From NCBI GenBank assembly GCA_029553375.1, contig JAKPCH010000096.1:47382-111381 (forward strand): a stretch of 64,000 nt of DNA. Reading direction: 5' to 3'. Each line of letters begins with the position of its first letter. The first letter of the stretch is position 1. This stretch comes from Deltaproteobacteria bacterium (GTDB lineage: Bacteria; Desulfobacterota; Syntrophia; Syntrophales; UBA8958). Of the stretch, positions 8,915-17,494 are shown in pieces. Under the pieces are notes generated by a model. The model was given only the letters and a program-made list of their open reading frames with translations. It was not told the DNA's origin and did no database searches. A program made the position numbers and the translations under genes.

Positions 8915-10876
8915 GTGCCGTCGGTGGGAGAAGGACACAACTACCGCAGCTGGGTCGAGGTGGACCTGGACAGTTTCTCGAAGAACTGGGAGGAACTGAA
9001 GCGCCTCGTGGCGCCCGGCGTCAAGATCATGCAGGTGGTCAAGGCCGACGCCTACGGGCACGGGTCCCTTGAGATCGCCCAGAAGGCCGTACAGAACGGG
9101 GCTTGCTGTCTCGGCGTGGCCAACGCCGACGAGGGGGTCCAACTCCGGGTGGGGGGCATTCAGGAGCCCATCGTCATCTTGAGCCCTTCCCCCGGGGGGG
9201 AGATCGGCGAGATCATCAAGTACAACCTGACCCCTTCCGTTTCGGACCTCGCCTTCGCCGGGGAACTACAGGCGGCGTGCCGCAAGGCGGCCATCCGCCT
9301 GCCGATCCACGTCGAGGTGGACACGGGCATGGGGAGAGGCGGTATCCTCTACTACGAGGCCATGAACAGTATCCGGGAGGTGGCCGCCATGCCCAACCTG
9401 GTCCTCCAGGGGGTGTTCACCCACCTCTCCTCCAGCGAGATCCGCGTCGATTACAACGACATCCAGTGGAAGCTCTTCCGTGACCTCCTCGACGGCCTCG
9501 AGGCGGCGGGGATCAGGGTGCCCATGAGGCACATGTCCAACAGCGGCGCCATCCTCAACTACCCCGCCTTCAACCTCGACATGGTCCGGCCCGGTCTCAT
9601 GACCTACGGCATCTACCCCTCCCTCGAGACGAGGGAGCGGGCCGCTCTTTCCCCCGTCATGTCCTTCAAGACCCGCGTCGTCCTCCTGAAGGACTTTCCC
9701 CGGGGGTACAGCATCGGTTACAACCGAACCTACATCACCGAGCGGCCGACGCGCATCGCCACCATCCCCATCGGTTACGGCGACGGCTACGGCGTCATCC
9801 TGTCCAATTCCGGCGAGGTCCTCATCAGGGGTCGGCGGGCCCCCGTCGTGGGGAGGGTTTCCATGGACATGTGCACCGTCGATGTCTCCCGGATCCCCGA
9901 GTGTGCCCTGGGCGACGAGGTGGTCCTCATGGGCGCCCAGGGCGGCGAGGAGATAACGGCCAACGACGTGGCGGACCGGGTCAAGACCATCACCTACGAG
10001 ATCCTCTGCGCCCTGGGGAAGAGGGCGCCGCGGGTCTTCATCCAGAAGGGGAGGGCCGACGCCGTCCTGCCGCGGCTCCGGCGCATCTACATCCCCGACG
10101 AGGAGAAATCCATCGCCAGGATCGATAACATCATCCGCCGGTGTCTCCAGGCCCGGACCAGGAGCGAGGAGCTGGGCGACGCCATCTACTACGAGATGTT
10201 CGAGACCCTCTTCGGCAGGGAGGGCCGTCAACTGGAGCTGCGTGAGGACTTTCGCTATCACATTGAAGTGGAGGCCGTCGCGCCGCAGGAGGGGAGAAGG
10301 GGCTGGCACGACAAGGACAACCTGGGGGTGACGACCCGCGTCGAGTACCGCAAGATCCTCCGCCACAGCCGCTTCATCATCGCCTGCGCCCTGGACAACG
10401 AGCAGCTGGACGCCCTCTTCGACGAACCCCGATGCGAGTATCGCTGGCTCATGAACAGGGGCGAGGACCCCGTGATGGAGCGGGACTTCCGGGTGGCGAG
10501 GGTCGCCGTGGACGGCCTGGAGGTCCCCGTCCTCGAGGCCCTCTGCACCGGAAGGGGTTACGAGATCACCTGCGGCAACGGTGAGTTGGAGGGAAAACTC
10601 AATAAGCCGGTCAATTTCTCCATCGAGATCGTCACGAGGAAATCACGGCGCAATAACATCTTCTCCGTCTATCTCGTCTACCCGACCCGGGGGCTCGAGA
10701 TCACCTTCGACTACGGGAAGGCGGGATTGAAAAACGTGCGGGAGGTCAGCTTTTTTGCCGGCAAGCACCCCAAACCCGAGATCGAACGGGTGAAGGGCAA
10801 GGGCATTACCCTGAAGATCCCCGCCGAGAACTGGATCTTCCCCACGAGCGGTGTGACCTTTATCTGGGATAATTAG
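8915..10876 (+). CDS. alr: alanine racemase fused to a ~280-aa C-terminal domain of unknown function
   Basis: One uninterrupted 653-aa ORF. The first ~372 aa are Alr (PLP-Lys motif VVKADAYGHG, IPIGYGDGYG, GRVSMDMCTVDV, ends ...YEILCALGKRAPRVFIQ). Residues ~375-653 match nothing I recognise. GTG start directly abuts the cyclase stop (8912..8914), with a GAGGA RBS. Confidence 0.85.
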   Translation: MPSVGEGHNYRSWVEVDLDSFSKNWEELKRLVAPGVKIMQVVKADAYGHGSLEIAQKAVQNGACCLGVANADEGVQLRVGGIQEPIVILSPSPGGEIGEIIKYNLTPSVSDLAFAGELQAACRKAAIRLPIHVEVDTGMGRGGILYYEAMNSIREVAAMPNLVLQGVFTHLSSSEIRVDYNDIQWKLFRDLLDGLEAAGIRVPMRHMSNSGAILNYPAFNLDMVRPGLMTYGIYPSLETRERAALSPVMSFKTRVVLLKDFPRGYSIGYNRTYITERPTRIATIPIGYGDGYGVILSNSGEVLIRGRRAPVVGRVSMDMCTVDVSRIPECALGDEVVLMGAQGGEEITANDVADRVKTITYEILCALGKRAPRVFIQKGRADAVLPRLRRIYIPDEEKSIARIDNIIRRCLQARTRSEELGDAIYYEMFETLFGREGRQLELREDFRYHIEVEAVAPQEGRRGWHDKDNLGVTTRVEYRKILRHSRFIIACALDNEQLDALFDEPRCEYRWLMNRGEDPVMERDFRVARVAVDGLEVPVLEALCTGRGYEITCGNGELEGKLNKPVNFSIEIVTRKSRRNNIFSVYLVYPTRGLEITFDYGKAGLKNVREVSFFAGKHPKPEIERVKGKGITLKIPAENWIFPTSGVTFIWDN

Positions 10877-10888
10877 GAAGGTTTGTTC

Positions 10889-11947
10889 ATGGCGCGTCTG
10901 AGAGTCGGGATCATCCTGGGCGGTATGTCATCGGAGCGGGAGGTGTCCCTGAACAGCGGCAGGAATGTTTACGACAACCTCGATCGGGAGGCCTACGAGG
11001 CCGTCCCCGTCTTCATGGACCTGAAGGGGAACCTGTGGATCATACCCTGGCAGCTCATCTCCCAGAACACGACTACGGATATCTCCGAACGATTGGCGGG
11101 TGAGGCCCGCCCCATCGGGTACGAGGACCTGAAGGAGGAGATCGATTTCGCCTTCATCTCCCTCCACGGGAAGTACGGGGACGACGGGTGCATCCAGGGG
11201 TTGCTGGAACTCCTGGGGATCCCCTACACGGGCCCGGGTGTCCTGGCCTCGGCCCTCGGTATGGACAAGCACATCCAGCAGAGCATCCTGAAGGCCGAGG
11301 GCCTCGACGTCCCCCGGAGTCACGTTGTCACCATCGAGGATTGGCGGAGGGACTCCCGGGCGGTGAAAAATAATCTGTTGACCCTCTTCCCCCCGCCCTT
11401 TTTCGTCAAGCCCACCCGGGAGGGTTCGAGCGTCGGGGTCCGGGCCGTCCGTGAAGAGGGGGATATAGAGACGGCCCTCGAAGAGGCCTTCCGGTGGGAT
11501 CTCAAGGCCCTGGTGGAGGAGTACCTCGACGGCATAGAGTTCTCTTGCATCGTCCTCGAGGACGAGGGGGAGGTACGGTATCTCGACGTGACGGAGATCC
11601 ACCCCCAGAGCGATTTCTACACCTATGACGACAAATACATGCCCGGTCGCTGCCGCAAGTTCACGCCCCCGAAAAACATCCCGCCCGAGATGACGTCAAA
11701 GATCGGGGAGATGGCCGTAAGGGCCTTCAAGGCCTTGGGTTTCAGGTCTTACGGGCGGATAGACGGTTTCGTCCTGAAGGACGGGCGCATCCTCATCACC
11801 GATCCCAACTCGTCGTCGGGCATGGCCCCTTCTTCCTTCTTCTTTGAACAGGCGGCCAGCGCCGGCATGCTGCCGTCCATGATCATCTCGAGGCTTATAG
11901 AAAACGCCCTGGCGATCCATCGGGGTAAAAAAGGCCCCCTGTGCTGA
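10889..11947 (+). CDS. ddl: D-alanine--D-alanine ligase (ATP-grasp), paralog 1
   Basis: [19 protein letters not shown]..., [64 protein letters not shown]. ATG 10889 follows an AGGAAGG RBS; the track frame begins at TTG 10883. Confidence 0.85.
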   Translation: [352 protein letters not shown]

Positions 11948-11989
11948 GGGGCAGGGGATAAAATCCGGTCTGAAAGGAGAGACGGAATC

Positions 11990-12778
11990 ATGAAGACAAA
12001 ACGGTCGGTAAAGTGGCTCCATGGATGTTTGACGGCGCTTTTTGTTCTTTTCGCCGCCGCGGGAACGGCGGGGGCCTTCGAGTTGGGTGTCCGGGCCTAC
12101 GCCTGGTTCCCCGACCTCAAGACCTCGGAGATCCAGACGATCCAGAACGCCGCCGAGGGGACGAAGATCGACGCCAAGGACGTCTTGGGTGTCGGCAACA
12201 AGGCCCTCTTCATCGGTGAGATCTACGGCGGCCTGGGGAAGCACCACGGCAGTTTCACCTATACCCCCGTCGGCTACTCGGACGACAAGATCATCCCGAC
12301 GGACATTACCTTCAACGGCGTCACCTTCACCCGTAACAGTTCCGTGAAGACGGAGATCGGCTACGCCATGCTCGATTTCAAGTACCAGTACGACATCGTC
12401 AACATGGAGAACATCCTCGCCGGTTTCTCTTTCGGTCCCATGGCCCAGGTCAAGTTCTCCACGGGGGAGACGAAGTTGAACGCGGCGGGGGGCACGGAGC
12501 AGAAAAAATCCTTCTCCTCCATCCTGCCCATGGTGGGCGTGGGGGCCCACGTCGGCCTCATCGCCAACCTCTTGGAGGCCCGGGCCCAGGTGACGGGCGG
12601 CGGTTACGGCGGCGGCAACTACGCCGTGGAGGCCCTCGCCGATATCTCCGTCACCCCCTTCCCCTTCGTGGATATCAACGCCGGGTACAAGGCGGTCAAG
12701 CTGAAGATGGACGTCAATGACTACGTGATGGATCAGTTCCTCACCGGTCCTTACGTGGCCTTGACGGTCGGCTTCTGA
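11990..12778 (+). CDS. putative outer-membrane beta-barrel protein with signal peptide
   Basis: 262 aa. N-terminal signal peptide (LTALFVLFAAAGTAGA/FE), alternating beta-strand-like sequence, Gly-rich loops, and a C-terminal aromatic residue (…ALTVGF), as is typical of OMPs. Family not recognised. Confidence 0.55.
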   Translation: MKTKRSVKWLHGCLTALFVLFAAAGTAGAFELGVRAYAWFPDLKTSEIQTIQNAAEGTKIDAKDVLGVGNKALFIGEIYGGLGKHHGSFTYTPVGYSDDKIIPTDITFNGVTFTRNSSVKTEIGYAMLDFKYQYDIVNMENILAGFSFGPMAQVKFSTGETKLNAAGGTEQKKSFSSILPMVGVGAHVGLIANLLEARAQVTGGGYGGGNYAVEALADISVTPFPFVDINAGYKAVKLKMDVNDYVMDQFLTGPYVALTVGF

Positions 12779-12789
12779 GAGGGGCGGCC

Positions 12790-13854
12790 GTGGGAGAAAC
12801 GAAGGAAAGGATAAGGGTCGGTGTCATCATGGGGGGCATGTCCTCGGAGAAGGAGGTCTCCCTCGAGAGCGGCAGAAATATCTTCAGCAAGATGGACCGC
12901 CGGCGTTACGATCCCCTTCCCATCTTCATGGACAGCCGGGCGCGCCTGTGGGAGATACCCCTCAAGCTCCTCATGAGGAATTCCACGAAAGACATAGAAG
13001 AGGACCTGGAGAACGAGGCCGTCCGCCTGCCCTACGAGTCCCTGAGGGAGAGGGTGGAGGTGGTCTATCTCGGTCTCCACGGCAAATACGGCGAGGACGG
13101 CTGCGTCCAGGGCCTCCTGGAGCTCCTCGGGGTCCCCTATACCGGCTCGGGGGTCTTGGCCTCGGCCATCGGCATGGACAAGTACACGACCCGCCGTATC
13201 CTGACGATCAACGGGATCGACGTCCCGAGGACGGTGGCGGTGAGGGAGAAGGAGTGGGCCGGCGGGGGAAGGGAGGAGATCCTGGAGAGGATCGCGGCGG
13301 AGATCTCGTATCCCTGCGTGGTGAAACCCATCAGGGAGGGATGCAGCACCGCCGTGAAGAAGGTGGTGTCCCCGGCGGGTCTGCCCGCGGCCCTCGAGGG
13401 GGCCTTCGTCTGGGACGAGATGGCCCTCGTGGAGGAGTTCATAGAGGGCGTCGAGGTGACCTGCGGTATCCTGGGAGACGATCCCCCCGTCCCCCTCGTG
13501 CCCTCCGAGACGATCCCCACGCAGGACATCCTGTCCCTGGAGGACAAGTTCCTCTACGGCCAGGGGGAAAACAAGACACCGGCGCGGGTGCCGCCGGAGG
13601 TCCTCAAGAGGATCCAGGAGACGGCCCTGGCCACTTTTTCGGCCCTCGACCTGAAGGGCTACGCCCGGATCGACATGTTCGTCCGGGCCGACGGCCGGGT
13701 GGCCGTTCTGGAACCCAACACCCTGCCGGGCATGACGCCTTCGACGGTCCTGTTTCACCAGGCCGCCGCCTTAGGCATCACCCAGACGGAGTTGATCACC
13801 CGGGTGATCGAGGCGGCGATGAAGGCCCACAGGGAAAAGAAGGGGCCCCTGTGA
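12790..13854 (+). CDS. ddl: D-alanine--D-alanine ligase family protein, paralog 2 (atypical active-site triad)
   Basis: Same architecture and length (354 aa) as paralog 1 ([57 protein letters not shown]). It reads [11 protein letters not shown] (Cys codon 13342..13344) and LEDKFLYG (Phe codon 13549..13551) where paralog 1 and E. coli DdlB have Ser and Tyr. Confidence 0.8.
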   Translation: [354 protein letters not shown]

Positions 13855-13858
13855 GTCT

Positions 13859-14638
13859 ATGAACTTCGTCCTGGGCGCCGTCGATTACGTAGGGAGGGCC
13901 GTCCTCCACTCCGTGGAGGAGGCGGGGAGGATCTTTCAGCTCTTCCTTTCCGTCCTGGCCTGGCTCGTCCGCCCTCCTTTGAGGCTCCGTCCCATCTTCA
14001 AGCAGATGGAGTTCGTCGGCGTCCGCTCGATCTTCGTCGTGGTCCTGACGGGGACCTTCACGGGCATGGTCCTGGCCCTCCAGACCTACCACGGCTTCAG
14101 GATGTTCAGCGCCGAGAGCATGGTGGGGGCCACCGTCGCCCTGAGTATGACCAGGGAGCTGGGGCCCGTCCTGACGGCCCTCATGGTGACGGCGAGGGCG
14201 GGATCGGCCATGGCCGCCGAACTGGGCACGATGAGGGTCACGGAACAGATCGACGCCCTTTACGTCATGGCGGCCAATCCGGTGAAATACCTCATCGTCC
14301 CCCGGATGGTCGCCTCGGTGGTCATGCTCCCCTTCTTGACCATCGTCTCCGATTTCGTCGGCGTGGTGGGGGGCTATTTCGTGGGCGTCCACCTCTTGAG
14401 GATCAACTCCGGTATCTTCATGAAGAACATCACCAAGATCGTGGAGTTGGACGATATCTTCAACGGCCTCATCAAGGCCGCCTTCTTCGGCCTCATCCTC
14501 TCCTTGATCGGCTGTTACAAGGGCTTCAACACCACGGGGGGCGCCGAGGGCGTGGGCAGGGCGACGACGGAGGCCGTCGTCCTGGCGTCCGTCATGATCC
14601 TCATCAGCGACTATTTCCTGACGGCCTTGATGTTTTAA
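13859..14638 (+). CDS. mlaE: MlaE-type ABC transporter permease (phospholipid/outer-membrane lipid asymmetry system)
   Basis: 259 aa, MlaE/Ttg2B pattern (GVRSIFVVVLTGTFTGMVLALQ...TRELGPVLTALMVTARAGSAMAAELGTMRVTEQIDAL). Confidence 0.9.
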   Translation: MNFVLGAVDYVGRAVLHSVEEAGRIFQLFLSVLAWLVRPPLRLRPIFKQMEFVGVRSIFVVVLTGTFTGMVLALQTYHGFRMFSAESMVGATVALSMTRELGPVLTALMVTARAGSAMAAELGTMRVTEQIDALYVMAANPVKYLIVPRMVASVVMLPFLTIVSDFVGVVGGYFVGVHLLRINSGIFMKNITKIVELDDIFNGLIKAAFFGLILSLIGCYKGFNTTGGAEGVGRATTEAVVLASVMILISDYFLTALMF

Positions 14639-14646
14639 CGGCGGCG

Positions 14647-15393
14647 ATGATACAGATTATAGACATACATAAATCCTTCGGGCGGCAAAAGGTCCTCGAC
14701 GGCGTCGACCTCGACATCGAGGCCGGCAAGACGACGGTCATCATCGGCAGGAGCGGCGGCGGCAAGAGCGTCTTGTTGAAGCACATCATAGGCCTCCTGA
14801 AGCCGGACAGGGGCCAGATCCTCGTGGAAGGGGTGGACATAACGAAACTAAACGACCGGGACCTGAACGAGATCCGCAAGAAGTTCGGGATGCTCTTCCA
14901 GGAGGCGGCCCTGTTCGACTCCATGACGGTGGGTGATAACGTGGCCTTCCCCCTGCGGGAGCACGCCCGGATGTCCGAGGCGGAGATAAGGGAAATCGTG
15001 GCCGACCGGCTGCGGGCCGTGGGTCTGTCGGGAGTGGAGGCGAAGATGCCTTCCGAGCTGAGCGGGGGCATGCGCAAACGTGTCGGTCTCGCCCGGGCCA
15101 TCGCCATGAGACCCCGGATCGTCCTCTTCGACGAGCCGACGACGGGTCTCGACCCGGTGATGACGGAGGCCATCAATCAGTTGATCATCGACACCCAGAG
15201 GAATTACGACCTCACCTGCGTCGTCATCAGTCACGACATCCAGTCCATATTCCGGATAGGTCACAGGATCGCCATGCTCTACGAGGGCAAGATCGTGGCT
15301 TCGGGGACGCCCGACGAGATCAGGGCGTCTCAGAATCCGGTGGTAAGGCAGTTTCTTTCCGGTAGCATCGAGGGGCCCATAAAGATTATCTGA
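14647..15393 (+). CDS. mlaF: MlaF-type ABC transporter ATP-binding protein
   Basis: Walker A GRSGGGKS, ABC signature LSGGMRKRVGLARA, Walker B IVLFDEPTTGLD. Confidence 0.9.
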   Translation: MIQIIDIHKSFGRQKVLDGVDLDIEAGKTTVIIGRSGGGKSVLLKHIIGLLKPDRGQILVEGVDITKLNDRDLNEIRKKFGMLFQEAALFDSMTVGDNVAFPLREHARMSEAEIREIVADRLRAVGLSGVEAKMPSELSGGMRKRVGLARAIAMRPRIVLFDEPTTGLDPVMTEAINQLIIDTQRNYDLTCVVISHDIQSIFRIGHRIAMLYEGKIVASGTPDEIRASQNPVVRQFLSGSIEGPIKII

Positions 15394-15417
15394 ACGGGGC
15401 CCGGCGGGGGTATCGAT

Positions 15418-16899
15418 ATGTTTTCCATAAGTTCGGAGGCCAAGGTCGGGTTGTTCGTCCTCATCGGCATGATCATCCTGGCCTATATGTCCTTTCAGGT
15501 GGGTCAAAGGGGTTTCACCTTCAAGAAGGGATACCTCGTCGAGGTTCAATTCGACAACGCCTCGGGCCTGGCCCCCGACGCCTCCGTTCAGATCGCGGGC
15601 GTCGAGGTGGGCCGTGTGGAAGCCATCAGGCTCAAGGACGGCAAGGCCCTGGTCACCCTCCGCCTGCCGCGGGAGATCAAGCTGGAGAAGGACGTGACGG
15701 CGGCCATCAAGACCCACGGCATCCTGGGGGACAAGTACGTCGAGATCATCCCGGGGACGGCCGGCAAGGAGGCCTTGCAGCCCGGCGAGAGGATCGAGAG
15801 GGTCGAGCGCCAGGCGGATGTCGACCGGCTTCTCAACCAATTGGCCGCCATCGCCGAGGACGTCAAGGCCGTCACGGGTTCCCTGAGCAAGGTGATGGGG
15901 GGTAAAGAGGGTGTCGACACCCTGGGCGCCATCCTCGAGAACACCCGCCAGCTGACGAGGAATCTCAACATGGTGGTGAAGAGCAACGAGGCCAACCTAC
16001 GGGCCATGCTCGAGAACACCCGGGAGCTCACGGGCAATCTCAACCGCATCGTCGTCCAGAACGACGAGAAGGTGGGCCAGGTGATAGACAACCTCAAGAC
16101 GGCCTCCAAGGAGATGGAGAAGACCTTCGCCGCCCTCAGCGAGATCACGGCGACCGTCAAAGGCGGGGAGGGGACCCTGGGACAGCTGATCAAGGATCGG
16201 CAGATGGCCGAGCGGCTCAGCAAGACCATGGCCTCCCTCCAGGAGGTTTCGGACAAGATCAATTCGGGGCGGGGGACCATCGGCAAGCTGGTGAACGACG
16301 AGGAGACGGTCAACAACCTCAACCAGAGCCTCTCCGGCCTCAACCGTTACATAAACAAGACGGAACAGTTCCGGACCTACATCGGCTATCGGGGGGAATA
16401 CCTCCTCGACAAGAGCGACGCCAAGAGCTACGTGGATCTTCGCATCCAGTCGCGCCAGGATTACTTCTACCTCCTGGGCCTGGCCGTGGACCCCCGGGGG
16501 AGGAGGACGGAGCGCGAGTCGACGACCAACAACGTCACGACCCGCACGGAGGAATGGGACAAGCAAGGCCTCCTTTTCAACGCCCAGCTGGGTAAACGTT
16601 TCAAGGATTTCGTCGTGAGGGGGGGTATCATGGAGTCTTCGGGAGGCGTGGGCGTTGATTTCCTGACCTTCAAGGATCGGTTGAAACTGACCTTCGAGGC
16701 CTTCGACTTCTCTCGGGATCGCAAGACCCACCTCAAGACGGGAGGGGAACTGAGGATCTTCAAGAACATCTATCTCAACGCCGGTTGGGACGACTTCATC
16801 AGCGACCAGGGGAACAGCTCCCCCTACGTGGGCATCTCCATCCGCTTCGAGGACGAGGATCTGAAGTACCTCATGGGCTCCGTCCCCGTTCCCAAGTAG
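15418..16899 (+). CDS. mlaD: MCE-domain protein (MlaD family), long form with helical repeats and a beta-rich C-terminal domain
   Basis: N-terminal TM (VGLFVLIGMIILAYM) and MCE domain (VEVQFDNASGLAPDASVQIAGVEVGRVEAIRL). Repeated ENTRxLTxNLN helical segments follow, then a ~170-aa Tyr/Gly/Asp-rich tail. Confidence 0.8.
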   Translation: MFSISSEAKVGLFVLIGMIILAYMSFQVGQRGFTFKKGYLVEVQFDNASGLAPDASVQIAGVEVGRVEAIRLKDGKALVTLRLPREIKLEKDVTAAIKTHGILGDKYVEIIPGTAGKEALQPGERIERVERQADVDRLLNQLAAIAEDVKAVTGSLSKVMGGKEGVDTLGAILENTRQLTRNLNMVVKSNEANLRAMLENTRELTGNLNRIVVQNDEKVGQVIDNLKTASKEMEKTFAALSEITATVKGGEGTLGQLIKDRQMAERLSKTMASLQEVSDKINSGRGTIGKLVNDEETVNNLNQSLSGLNRYINKTEQFRTYIGYRGEYLLDKSDAKSYVDLRIQSRQDYFYLLGLAVDPRGRRTERESTTNNVTTRTEEWDKQGLLFNAQLGKRFKDFVVRGGIMESSGGVGVDFLTFKDRLKLTFEAFDFSRDRKTHLKTGGELRIFKNIYLNAGWDDFISDQGNSSPYVGISIRFEDEDLKYLMGSVPVPK

Positions 16900-16912
16900 C
16901 CCCTGTCCCCCC

Positions 16913-16940
16913 TTGACAGGCAAAGGCCGGTGTATATATT
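16913..16940 (+). promoter_or_regulatory. candidate sigma70 promoter (TTGACA-N16-TATATT)
   Basis: CCTTGACA at 16911..16918 and TATATT at 16935..16940, about 27 nt upstream of ATG 16967, which has a GGAGGAGG RBS. Confidence 0.5.
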
Positions 16941-16966
16941 TGACCCGCCGGAGGAGGTGGATCCGG

Positions 16967-17476
16967 ATGGGTCGTTTTTTCAACGCCAGGGAGACGGAGC
17001 TGGCCACGCGGGCGTTCCGCCGGGCCGAGGCGGTGGCGGGGAGGCATTTCCGCATTCCCCCCGCCGGGATGGCCGCCTTCCGCTACGACGTTCGCACCCT
17101 GGCCTTTCTGAACGAAAACGAGGTGCGGGAGGGGGCCTTCGCCCATCTCTGCAAATATGAGTACATAAACGGACATTTCTATCGTGTCTGTCTCCAGGAC
17201 CACCGGATCCTCGATGCCGTCGAGCGGGCCCATTCCTTCATCAAGCTCGAACCCCTCCTGACGTATATCGCCGCCCATGAGTTGGTCCACGTGATCAGGT
17301 TCGACACGGGGGAGGCCGACTTCGACGGCACGGAGGAGGAACGGGTCAGGGAGGAGGAGCGGGTGCACCGCATCACCGGCGAGATGTTGCAGCTTTGCAT
17401 GTCCCCGGATCTCAAACTGGTCCTCGATTGTTTCAGCGATCGTTACCATATCGGAGATCTCGGGATTAAAAGATAA
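16967..17476 (+). CDS. hypothetical protein with HExxH motif
   Basis: The ORF-track frame starts at 16913, inside the promoter. ATG 16967 follows GGAGGAGG. ~169 aa. Contains AAHELVHVIRFD (HExxH). Family not recognised. Confidence 0.45.
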   Translation: MGRFFNARETELATRAFRRAEAVAGRHFRIPPAGMAAFRYDVRTLAFLNENEVREGAFAHLCKYEYINGHFYRVCLQDHRILDAVERAHSFIKLEPLLTYIAAHELVHVIRFDTGEADFDGTEEERVREEERVHRITGEMLQLCMSPDLKLVLDCFSDRYHIGDLGIKR

Positions 17477-17494
17477 CAGAGGGAGGTTTGTCGG

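Noticed and set aside
7391-9142. 583-aa minus-strand ORF, together with the 428-aa + strand ORF 7786..9072.
   Set aside because: Both overlap the CHASE2 cyclase, whose frame has clear domain motifs. Both translations are low-complexity (H/D/G/V/P/R rich), so they are GC-driven shadow ORFs.
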